From sequence record NC_005260.1: DNA of 64,000 nucleotides; one strand, written 5' to 3'. Each line of letters opens with the position of its first letter. Position 1 is the stretch's first letter. Below, one piece after another: positions 56,424 through 64,000 of this stretch. The position numbers were made by a program, and so were the translations under genes. The notes under the pieces are model-generated. The model did not search any database, was not told the origin of the DNA, and saw only the letters and a list, made by a program, of their open reading frames with translations.

Positions 56424-56957
56424 ATGAACACTCTAGTATTATTGAGAATGCTACAACATATTATTCTTTTACCTCTTCATTTATTCATGTGCCTAACGTG
56501 CTGGATCTTATCACCAGTGCTTCCGTTGTTTGCGATAAATAAAGAGACACTGCCTAACTGGCTGAGCTGGTATCAAACTCCAGACGCTCCATTAGATGGT
56601 GATAGTGGCCACGTGGAACGTTGCGCTGGATATCCGCGTTATATTCAACGTGTGCTATGGCTTATTAGAAACCCTGCATATGGATTTGCTTGGTCAGTTC
56701 TTGCATATCAGCCAAAGAGTTCTGAATTTAAGTGGAAAGGGTCGCTAGGATATACAAAAGGCGATGAAGCTAAATTCGGCTGGTATTTTATTACCCAAGA
56801 GACTGGACATTTTCAATATAGCGTTAGATATCCTAGCGTATTTGGGAAACAGTTCAGACTGCGGTTTGGGTGGAAAATGATTGGCATTGCAACTGCTGGA
56901 ACTTGGCATGAAAGGAAGAAGTTTGTATTTACATTAAATCCACTTGACGGAGGCTGA
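56424..56957 (+). CDS. Hypothetical protein with hydrophobic N-terminus, coupled to endolysin
   Basis: 177 aa; QTPDAPLDGD...WLIRNPAYGF motif; AAGGAG RBS. Confidence 0.75.
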   Translation: MNTLVLLRMLQHIILLPLHLFMCLTCWILSPVLPLFAINKETLPNWLSWYQTPDAPLDGDSGHVERCAGYPRYIQRVLWLIRNPAYGFAWSVLAYQPKSSEFKWKGSLGYTKGDEAKFGWYFITQETGHFQYSVRYPSVFGKQFRLRFGWKMIGIATAGTWHERKKFVFTLNPLDGG

Positions 56958-56958
56958 A

Positions 56959-57456
56959 ATGCTTGCACAAATGCTAAAGCAGGATGAAGGCTACAAAGAA
57001 TCGGTATATTGGGACACAGAAGGTTATCCAACAATCGGTATCGGACACCTTATTCTGAGAAAGAAAACAAAAGACATGGGAGAAATCAATCGTGAATTGA
57101 GTTCCCATATTGGAAGAATCGTAAATGACGGGAAGATCAGCGGGGCGGAAGTGCTGGCGTTGTTCGAACGTGACTTAGCAGCTATACAGCGCACCATGAT
57201 GAATGTGCCGGCTTTGGCGAGCGTCTATGTTGAACTTGATGCGGTGCGTAAGACTGCTATTGAAAACATGGTATTCCAGATGGGAGCGATTGGCGTATCT
57301 AAGTTTCCGGGTATGCTTAGAGCACTGAAAGCGAAAGACTGGAACATGGCTTACAAACAAGCGTTGGATAGTACATGGGCAAAACAAACGCCAAATCGCG
57401 CCAATCGCGTGGCCAGCGTTTTGAAACTGGGGTCTTATGCTCCCTATGGCTTTTGA
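56959..57456 (+). CDS. e: T4-lysozyme-type endolysin
   Basis: MLKQDEG...YWDTEGYPTIGIGHL, NMVFQMG..GVSKF, DSTWAKQTPNRANRV; start re-called at 56959 (GGAGG). Confidence 0.93.
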   Translation: MLAQMLKQDEGYKESVYWDTEGYPTIGIGHLILRKKTKDMGEINRELSSHIGRIVNDGKISGAEVLALFERDLAAIQRTMMNVPALASVYVELDAVRKTAIENMVFQMGAIGVSKFPGMLRALKAKDWNMAYKQALDSTWAKQTPNRANRVASVLKLGSYAPYGF

Positions 57457-57458
57457 TT

Positions 57459-57764
57459 ATGATTACTTCCAAGTTAAGCCTAAGCGACTGGATCGCAATA
57501 GGTACTGTAGTTGGTGGAGTCTTCATTGGTGGATATCGTATTGGATCAGCGGAAGAAGCGATTTCAAAGATGATCGACAGAATGGATCGAGTTGAACAGC
57601 GAGTTAACGCAGGAGAGACTTTGAATTCCACTCAAAATACACAAATGGAATATCTACAGAAGCAACAAGAGAAGACGACCCAAGTTACCGAGAAGATGAT
57701 GGAGACATTGAACAACTTAAATGTTTCGATCAATAAATTACAGACGGTAATAGAAAACAAATAA
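57459..57764 (+). CDS. Putative holin-position membrane protein (1 TM + coiled coil)
   Basis: WIAIGTVVGGVFIGGY TM; occupies gene t position between fibres and asiA. Confidence 0.5.
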   Translation: MITSKLSLSDWIAIGTVVGGVFIGGYRIGSAEEAISKMIDRMDRVEQRVNAGETLNSTQNTQMEYLQKQQEKTTQVTEKMMETLNNLNVSINKLQTVIENK

Positions 57765-57790
57765 GGGAGCCATTGGCTCCCTTTCTTTTT
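57763..57790. terminator. Bidirectional terminator
   Basis: AAGGGAGCC-ATT-GGCTCCCTTT. Confidence 0.85.
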
Positions 57791-58082
57791 ATGCGTAATC
57801 TACATCACCGCGTGGTCCCAACATAGCATTCAACATTTCATAATGTTCTTGAGCTGAGAACTCAGAAAGAATTTCAATTCGTTCTGCCGGGGTAAGTCTA
57901 CCTATCATCTGTCTGAAACTCATTTTAGTGAATTCTAGTCCGCGAACAGTGCGGAATCCAGCTTCATTCAAAAAGTCGATCAGATTTTGTTGTGTATCAA
58001 GGATTTCACCGTCCACTTCGAGCTTGATAATAAGGGAAACAGTGGCAACGATATCCTTAATTAATTCTAGTTTAGCGTTCAT
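57789..58082 (-). CDS. asiA: AsiA anti-sigma70 factor
   Basis: IKDIVATVSLIIK...LIDFLNEAG...SFRQM...LT parallels T4 AsiA; position. Confidence 0.85.
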   Translation of the reverse strand: MNAKLELIKDIVATVSLIIKLEVDGEILDTQQNLIDFLNEAGFRTVRGLEFTKMSFRQMIGRLTPAERIEILSEFSAQEHYEMLNAMLGPRGDVDYA

Positions 58083-58339
58083 ACTTCATAGCCTACTTCG
58101 CGCAGGGTAATGTCGGCATTGAATAGCGCATTACCTTTAAATCTAATTTGGTGTCCATCATTCAGCACGATAAGGCTTGATGTAACAGTGTTTCGGTGAT
58201 CGCGATACAGAGTTACATCGGCATCTGTCATCTGATAATTTTCTAAGTTTATTTCAACTGTGGATTTAACGTCAGTTTGTTCCCAGTTCGGAGCAAGCCC
58301 TTGAACAACAGCCCCGGTTACAATAGTCATTTGCGGCAT
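58079..58339 (-). CDS. Hypothetical protein
   Basis: ORF coupled to asiA. Confidence 0.65.
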   Translation of the reverse strand: MPQMTIVTGAVVQGLAPNWEQTDVKSTVEINLENYQMTDADVTLYRDHRNTVTSSLIVLNDGHQIRFKGNALFNADITLREVGYEV

Positions 58340-58625
58340 CTAAAAGCTTTCCCTCTAATTCGGTTTCGCTAACAAGAGGAATGCCGTCTTCGATGTTAAA
58401 ATAATGTCCCTGACGTTCAAGATGTCGAATCACCGCAGCCATGTTTTCATAAACATGAGTGTCTTTGTATTTTCGATTCTTTCGACTGCGGAGAGTGCCA
58501 AAATCATCTAGTTCAAAGATGAAATCGGCAACATGCACAGCCCGCAATGGGAGTCTATAAGAGTTAACGGCGAAGACTTTATTCGATCTGAAAGCATATA
58601 CTCGTTTACATTTTACCATAACCAT
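58272..58625 (-). CDS. Hypothetical protein
   Basis: 117-aa ORF with GAGG RBS. Confidence 0.65.
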   Translation of the reverse strand: MVMVKCKRVYAFRSNKVFAVNSYRLPLRAVHVADFIFELDDFGTLRSRKNRKYKDTHVYENMAAVIRHLERQGHYFNIEDGIPLVSETELEGKLLDAANDYCNRGCCSRACSELGTN

Positions 58626-58645
58626 TTCTTCACCTCACAATCTAA

Positions 58646-58762
58646 TCAATAGTCGATTTTGTTCTTGTGCTTCACTTTACCGCGTTTGGCATCTTTCTTG
58701 CGATCAACCATAACAGCGGCCTTGTTGAATTCACGAGCATGTTTGGCAACAAAGTTATTCAT
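58646..58762 (-). CDS. arn.1: Arn.1-like 38-aa basic peptide (below ORF-track cutoff)
   Basis: MNNFVAKHAREFNKAAVMVDRKKDAKRGKVKHKNKIDY vs T4 arn.1 MNNLVAKHDFNKASVHKDKKK. Confidence 0.75.
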   Translation of the reverse strand: MNNFVAKHAREFNKAAVMVDRKKDAKRGKVKHKNKIDY

Positions 58763-58774
58763 TTCTTGTTCCTC

Positions 58775-59197
58775 TTAAAACGATAAAAAGATTGTAGCAA
58801 CAATCACATAAGAAAGCAATAGCTGGACATTCAGTTTCTTATTTATTTCTTCACGTTCCTGAGGAGTCATTCGATCAAACTTCTCTGCGACTTCATCCGA
58901 GATTTCTTTCGCGTCAGACAGACGGCAGAGATAATCGAAAATCAGGATATGTTTGAACTTATTGCCAATCATATACCGGTTGCATTCAATTTGATACGAC
59001 TTAACAAACGTCGCGAACATGAACAAAGAACACCAGATTTTGAATCCCAGTACCCAAGCAGTCTTACCGTCTGCGAACATAGCGAGAACGTTACAAGCGA
59101 CAATCACTATGCCAAACACACCAAATCCACGGCACAATGATTGCCACTCGACTTGCTCCTGTTTCATAGCACGATTCAATCGAGTGGCAAGCAGCAT
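58775..59197 (-). CDS. Membrane protein
   Basis: Three hydrophobic segments. Confidence 0.7.
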   Translation of the reverse strand: MLLATRLNRAMKQEQVEWQSLCRGFGVFGIVIVACNVLAMFADGKTAWVLGFKIWCSLFMFATFVKSYQIECNRYMIGNKFKHILIFDYLCRLSDAKEISDEVAEKFDRMTPQEREEINKKLNVQLLLSYVIVATIFLSF

Positions 59198-59475
59198 TAT
59201 TTCAGCAGCTCCGCGAACTTGTCGGCGATACGACCGGCGCGATCTGCATCTTGACGCTTGTTGGCTTGACGCTTCTGGATAACAGCGATGTCTTTGTCCA
59301 GTTGCTCAACTTGTGCGACGTCGGCAGATTGACGCTCACGAAGTTCAACGACGGTTTGTTCCAGTTGATCCACGATAGCAGTCAGAGCGCGAGGGCCGAT
59401 AGTCAGATCATCATCACCAGCCAGGTGACGGGAAACACGGGACTTGGCTTTCAGAAAAAATGCAATAATACTCAT
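59197..59475 (-). CDS. Hypothetical coiled-coil protein
   Basis: ORF coupled to 52. Confidence 0.7.
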   Translation of the reverse strand: MSIIAFFLKAKSRVSRHLAGDDDLTIGPRALTAIVDQLEQTVVELRERQSADVAQVEQLDKDIAVIQKRQANKRQDADRAGRIADKFAELLK

Positions 59476-60788
59476 TTCAAAAATTCCTTAATATCAGATT
59501 GGTATTGCTTCCGGGGAGTAGTTGTCTTCCAGAAGTCATGCTCTTTTTGAAGTTCAGCGACTTGCTTTTCCAGCTTAGCCACTTCATCTTCGGTCATATG
59601 ATACAGATTCATTTGTACCAGTTGATCTGCATAGGTTTTCAGTTCATCGAAAGCGTTGATCTGTTCGATTACCTGTTTCCGAGTCTGACGATTGAAAACA
59701 ATCTTGTCAGCAAGAACTAGCTTGATGAAATCAACCTTTGCTTGTGCGAAATCAAGTTTCTCACGTGTGGCAATGATAGCATTGTCGATTCGCTTTTGCA
59801 AGACATTAAATCTAAAATTCACGAAATCAACAATCAAATCGGATGCATTATCATACGGCTTCAAATTGCCGTTTTGATCGATAACACGGATATACTGACT
59901 CACGTTCTGAGATAGCTTAAACACCTTGATGATGTTTTCGTGGCTAACATCAAAATCACGCTTGAGAGTTACCTTAAAGCAAAACTCTCGGTCTTTCATC
60001 TTGGATTCATCATAACCCACAATCTTGTCAGTTTCAACAAGTTTGTTGAGGTGTGTGACGTACTTCAAACGATCATACTTCGGAGGCAATTCATTGATAA
60101 TCAACTTAGTTTTACCACTAAGCTCATAATCGCCTTCTACTTTCCACGACTGAGTTTCACCTTCAATCGACAGAATCTTGCCGAAGAACTTGGGAAACTG
60201 AATCTCGGGCTCGTCACACTTGCCAGATTTTAGCACTTGCTCAACGCATTTTGCAACACTCTGAACACTATGAGGCATGATCTTTGTGGCAAAACCAGTA
60301 GCGATACCGCTAACACCGTTCAGCAATACAGTCGGCAGAATCGGCAGATAATAACGCGGTAGAATAGAGCCGTCGGCAGTAGACTCTTCCAATAATTCCA
60401 TGTCCTTGAACATAGATTCGAAACGTTCGTGTTTGCTACAAAAGATGTAACGAGCCGCAGCGCCTTCTTGAACAGCACGACAACCGAAGTTGCCACGACC
60501 CTGAATAACAGGGAAGTTGTTGTTCCAAGTAGAAGCCATCAAGCAAGCGGCATCCATCGCAGCCATTTCGCCGTGATTGTATCCGTATTCAGAAATAACA
60601 CCAGCAACAGCGGCATTTTTCTTGAACTCACGCCCAGCATTCTTCAATACGCTAAAGAGAATGTACCGTTGAACCGGCTTCAATCCATCAACCATAGACG
60701 GCAGAGCACGTTCCTCGATTGTATACATTGCAAATTCTTTAGCTTCATTGTTTACCAGACTTGAGATTCCACGTTTTATTACTTGCAT
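59472..60788 (-). CDS. 52: gp52 DNA topoisomerase II medium subunit (GyrA-like)
   Basis: ERALPSMVDGLKPVQR, YNHGE, GNFG...AAARY, LLNGVSGIATGF. Confidence 0.96.
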   Translation of the reverse strand: MQVIKRGISSLVNNEAKEFAMYTIEERALPSMVDGLKPVQRYILFSVLKNAGREFKKNAAVAGVISEYGYNHGEMAAMDAACLMASTWNNNFPVIQGRGNFGCRAVQEGAAARYIFCSKHERFESMFKDMELLEESTADGSILPRYYLPILPTVLLNGVSGIATGFATKIMPHSVQSVAKCVEQVLKSGKCDEPEIQFPKFFGKILSIEGETQSWKVEGDYELSGKTKLIINELPPKYDRLKYVTHLNKLVETDKIVGYDESKMKDREFCFKVTLKRDFDVSHENIIKVFKLSQNVSQYIRVIDQNGNLKPYDNASDLIVDFVNFRFNVLQKRIDNAIIATREKLDFAQAKVDFIKLVLADKIVFNRQTRKQVIEQINAFDELKTYADQLVQMNLYHMTEDEVAKLEKQVAELQKEHDFWKTTTPRKQYQSDIKEFLK

Positions 60789-60816
60789 TCTTTACCTCTT
60801 TTCAAACAGTCATGCC

Positions 60817-60844
60817 ATTATACACAACTGCCTGAGATAGTCAA
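60817..60844 (-). promoter_or_regulatory. Sigma70-type promoter for gene 52
   Basis: TTGACT-16-TATAAT. Confidence 0.8.
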
Positions 60845-60846
60845 CA

Positions 60847-61359
60847 CTAGGATTTCTGACGGCCGAAGAATTTGTACTTGGTACGCAACTCGGTGATCAT
60901 AGCCAGTCCGTTGTTTTTCGCGCTGTATTCTTCGATTTCCAGGAATTCACGCATTTGTGAATAAGTCATGAAGTAGACTTTATGACGCGCGGCGACTTCG
61001 CGAATCGCACGGAAGATTCGTTGATCGTTAAAGATATCAGCGGAGCGTTTGCACAGGTAATCGCCCAGTGCTTTGTTTTGTTCGGTGCGCGGATTGTTCA
61101 GTCGAGATAGAACTTCCTTGAAGCCGGATTTGCGTTTCTGAATACCGACGTGATTCACGCTAACAACATCAACGGAAATACTGGCTTCGTGACAAACTCC
61201 AATCAGATAAAAGCCGGGAGTCGTCAGATCGTGATTCACATTGCCAATCTTTTCACTTTGGCAATTCTTGAACTCGATGATACCATCTTTGTTCGGGAAC
61301 AGACTACCAATATAAGTAGAACGGCCACCAATTGCGCCAATAGGCATACTATTTTTCAT
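60847..61359 (-). CDS. ndd: Ndd nucleoid disruption protein
   Basis: PGFY, VG.Q..KSGFKEVLS, VYFM..SQM parallel T4 Ndd; position next to 52. Confidence 0.75.
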   Translation of the reverse strand: MKNSMPIGAIGGRSTYIGSLFPNKDGIIEFKNCQSEKIGNVNHDLTTPGFYLIGVCHEASISVDVVSVNHVGIQKRKSGFKEVLSRLNNPRTEQNKALGDYLCKRSADIFNDQRIFRAIREVAARHKVYFMTYSQMREFLEIEEYSAKNNGLAMITELRTKYKFFGRQKS

Positions 61360-61388
61360 TTCATTTACCTTTTGTTAAGAAGTGATAC

Positions 61389-61417
61389 CAGTATCGCATA
61401 GTTGGATGATAGTGTCA
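61389..61417 (-). promoter_or_regulatory. Sigma70-type promoter for ndd
   Basis: TTGACA-17-GATACT. Confidence 0.6.
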
Positions 61418-61436
61418 ATAGATAATCAAATTGATT

Positions 61437-61600
61437 ATTAACTAACCGGCTCCAGAAATTGATGATCGCAAGATTGCGAACGTAGTGAGCTAACTCATTG
61501 ATTACCTTAAGGAAGACAAAATAGATTCTCATTAAAGATCTATAAGAGATTTTATTTTGTCTTTCTCAATTAACTAGCGGCTACGCCGCAGTCTTCGACA
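61437..61600. repeat. Dispersed structured repeat, copy 2
   Basis: Near-identical to 17806-17967, same orientation. Confidence 0.9.
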
Positions 61601-61689
61601 ATCTACTTGGAAATGATTTGGAGCGATCCCATATGATAGCTATAACATCGTATTGCTATATCACACAGAATCGCTCCAACGCTTTCCTA

Positions 61690-61905
61690 TTACTGTGGAA
61701 GCGTCATATGATCATAACAATATTGGATGATTTCTTGTTGACGCTTGTTATCCCAATAAAAGAAGTCTTTATCGGTACCACGAATTGTATCTGCCAGTTC
61801 TTGTGGCAGATTGTTAAACAACGCTTGTCCGAAACGATAGCTATCATTTGTTTGTTGAATGGACGCGCGGATCAGATCGTACATGTGCGGGATAGTGATT
61901 TTCAT
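61690..61905 (-). CDS. Hypothetical protein
   Basis: Start re-called at 61905; YRFGQALFN...TDKDFFY. Confidence 0.65.
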   Translation of the reverse strand: MKITIPHMYDLIRASIQQTNDSYRFGQALFNNLPQELADTIRGTDKDFFYWDNKRQQEIIQYCYDHMTLPQ

Positions 61906-61906
61906 A

Positions 61907-62458
61907 TTAGTTGCTCCAGTCATAGTCAATACCCAGGAAATCGAACACGCTAACGAGTTCGGACTTAACGGTACGGGCACAGTTTGAGTGCTTCAATTGC
62001 TTCATTGTTGGTGGTGTCAAATGAGCAACGATGTTGCCAAACGCTTCAATTCGATTGTGGCTTGCGTCCATGCTCAGGCGCTGCATAGTGTATAGCTCCT
62101 CTTCTGAAACGCGACACACATACAGGTGGCAATGCATACCGCTTTCTGGGATCTTGTGTGTGCAAAGATGCAGAAGATGATCGGGATTAACAGTGTAGCC
62201 GATTTCTTCTTTACATTCACGCGCCGCAGCTTCAATCAAAGTTTCGCCTGCATCTACCATGCCACCTGGGAAGCCGAAACGAGAATCCCAACGGACGTTG
62301 ATGAAGATCTTGTGGCACCAAACGTGCTTCTTGTCTTCTGGGAAAGTCGGATCAGTTGTATTGATGTACGGTTGTACTTTATCGCAGTAGAAGCATACGA
62401 AAGCAGCGTCGGAAGTTCCACGAGCGCCGGATTCTACTTCGATACATGGTTGTTTCAT
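61907..62458 (-). CDS. Nudix hydrolase
   Basis: RWDSRFGFPGGMVDAGETLIEAAARECKEEIG Nudix box. Confidence 0.9.
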   Translation of the reverse strand: MKQPCIEVESGARGTSDAAFVCFYCDKVQPYINTTDPTFPEDKKHVWCHKIFINVRWDSRFGFPGGMVDAGETLIEAAARECKEEIGYTVNPDHLLHLCTHKIPESGMHCHLYVCRVSEEELYTMQRLSMDASHNRIEAFGNIVAHLTPPTMKQLKHSNCARTVKSELVSVFDFLGIDYDWSN

Positions 62459-62555
62459 TTCTTATACCTCTTGTTGGTGTGAACTTAGTATACTGGATTG
62501 GATTTAGATATCAAGTGATTTTGGAAAATAAAAAAGCCACCCGAAGGTGGCTTTT
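62458..62555 (-). promoter_or_regulatory. Terminator + early promoter + RBS cassette
   Basis: AAAAGCCACC-TTCG-GGTGGCTTTTTT, TTGATA-16-TATACT, AAGAGG RBS. Confidence 0.85.
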
Positions 62556-62560
62556 AGTGA

Positions 62561-63895
62561 TTAGTTCTTGGTACCAATCAGGGTTTTAACTTGCGCTTCC
62601 GACAGTTCGCGAACTACGAACATCTTGCAGGTACGCATTTTTGCAGAGTTGTAATCGGCTGGGATGGATACAATGTCAGTAGGACTAACAGTACATTCCA
62701 GAATCTTACCGCTGCCACCGTGGAACTGAGGCAGGTAGCTCTTGCTACACAGGTGCAGACCGCGAGAACAGGTTGCGGAGCTCTCGTCGCACTTAGAGCG
62801 ATCCATCTTGACTTCGGTACCGACTTTGTACAGTACAGTGCCAGAATGGAAGTCTTTGAAGTCATTACGAACACGACGGTAAGCAACAACATCACCTTTA
62901 TCGTTCACAACGATGTCTTTGGCTTCCAGGAACTTGAACAGTTCACCAACAACACGCTTGTTCGGGTTAGCCAGCAGTTTCTCAAGGAAACGTACCCACT
63001 TTTCGAACGGCTTGCCTTCGTGCATAGATTGGATGATACGCTCAACAACAGAGTTACCAACTTCCATGCCTTTGAAATACACAGTATCGTTTTTGATTTC
63101 GATATTGGTACCGGCATAAGAGCTAACGCCCTTAGCAACGTTGATCAGCCCCAGAGCTTTCAGAACATCACCGGCGATACACAGATCAAGCGCCTTGCGG
63201 AAGCTTTCGTGAGTGCTATCGGCAGTGAAAGTCTTGCCGTCTGCCATGATATTGATGAACTTCGGAGAAGCGAACCACTTGAGTTCTTTCGGAGCTTCTA
63301 CTTTCGGCTCAACTTTGGCAGCAGGAGACCCCGGACGGCGAGCTTTTACACCAGCACGTTTCAGAACTTCGCCAACAGTGCTTTCAGAGCAACCAACCAG
63401 CGAGGCAACAGTCTTTTGAGACTTGTATTCTCCGGTTGAATAGAGTTCAACGATTTTGGCGTCTCGCTCGTCTGCTCGCTTGTCGGTTTCACGAAATCGA
63501 GCGCCCAGATGTTCTTCTTTCTTCTCGACTGGCGCTTTCGGAGCAACCGGAGCGACTTTTGCAACAGGCTTTTGAGCAACAACCGGTTTCTGCTTTTCGG
63601 AACGAATCGCTTCAATGATCTTACGTGCTTCGTGCTCTTTGATGCCCAGTTGCTTAGACAGAGCCAGACGACCCAGTTTGCCTTCAACGATTTGAGTACG
63701 CATTGCTTCGGTAACGCCACCGGACTGACGCTTTGCAGCCAGTTCAGCTTCGGCTTTAACGAGTTCGATCATTTTACGCGCTTCGGATTCTTTGATACCC
63801 AGTTCGCGAGACAGTACGCCACGACCCAGAGTGCCAGCCAGAATACGAGTTTTTTGTTGTTCAGTCAGTTTAGCCATTTTTACAGTTTCCTTCAT
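62561..63895 (-). CDS. rIIB: RIIB protein
   Basis: LFKFLEAKDI.....G.VVAY..V..D..D.HSG...CSRGLH.CS..Y; N-terminal HTH repeats; upstream of ndd/52 as in T4. Confidence 0.9.
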   Translation of the reverse strand: MKETVKMAKLTEQQKTRILAGTLGRGVLSRELGIKESEARKMIELVKAEAELAAKRQSGGVTEAMRTQIVEGKLGRLALSKQLGIKEHEARKIIEAIRSEKQKPVVAQKPVAKVAPVAPKAPVEKKEEHLGARFRETDKRADERDAKIVELYSTGEYKSQKTVASLVGCSESTVGEVLKRAGVKARRPGSPAAKVEPKVEAPKELKWFASPKFINIMADGKTFTADSTHESFRKALDLCIAGDVLKALGLINVAKGVSSYAGTNIEIKNDTVYFKGMEVGNSVVERIIQSMHEGKPFEKWVRFLEKLLANPNKRVVGELFKFLEAKDIVVNDKGDVVAYRRVRNDFKDFHSGTVLYKVGTEVKMDRSKCDESSATCSRGLHLCSKSYLPQFHGGSGKILECTVSPTDIVSIPADYNSAKMRTCKMFVVRELSEAQVKTLIGTKN

Positions 63896-63958
63896 TTGTC
63901 AGGTTTGATTAGTTTAACGCTTTTCAGTTTCATAATAAACATTATCTCTTTCTCAACA

Positions 63959-63997
63959 ACATGGCGCTATTGTCTCATGTCGATAGCGCCATGTCAA
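63959..63997 (-). promoter_or_regulatory. Promoter inside a 12-bp inverted repeat
   Basis: TTGACA-17-GACAAT; ACATGGCGCTAT/ATAGCGCCATGT arms, 12-nt loop. Confidence 0.65.
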
Positions 63998-64000
63998 CTA

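Noticed and set aside
17806-61600. The duplicated element as a DGR template/variable pair or CRISPR repeat
   Set aside because: Differences are not adenine-specific, no reverse transcriptase or cas gene is present, and there is no repeat-spacer periodicity.
1-64000. tRNA or rRNA genes
   Set aside because: No cloverleaf with T-loop GTTCGA/CCA signature was recognised in the intergenic gaps (not confirmed with tRNAscan).

Overview
This is a 64-kb segment of a large T4-like (Straboviridae-type) myophage genome. It runs from uvsW through dda, alt, ligase 30, rIII/31, cd, pseT, spanins, rnlA, denA, td, frd, 32/59/33/dsbA/rnh, the long tail fibre block, the lysis genes, asiA, 52 and ndd to rIIB. 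Late promoters read CTAAATA rather than TATAAATA, asiA is present with no motA at its usual position, and the window carries a CCA-adding enzyme and a NadM-Nudix fusion. These traits suggest an Aeromonas/Vibrio-type T4-like phage (inference; no database search was run). No tRNA, rRNA, CRISPR array, intron or homing endonuclease was recognised. The most notable observations are: (1) a ~160-bp structured non-coding element present twice, 43.6 kb apart, each copy upstream of a promoter; (2) two complete gp36/37-type distal tail fibres with nearly the same N-terminus, downstream of a 1312-aa gp35; (3) a 54-codon open frame continuing past the rIII UGA stop with a capsid-like motif; (4) an unannotated late-promoter-driven 34-aa CxxC...CxxC microprotein; (5) several promoters whose -10 box sits inside an inverted repeat; (6) a set of NAD/ADP-ribose and RNA-repair genes.
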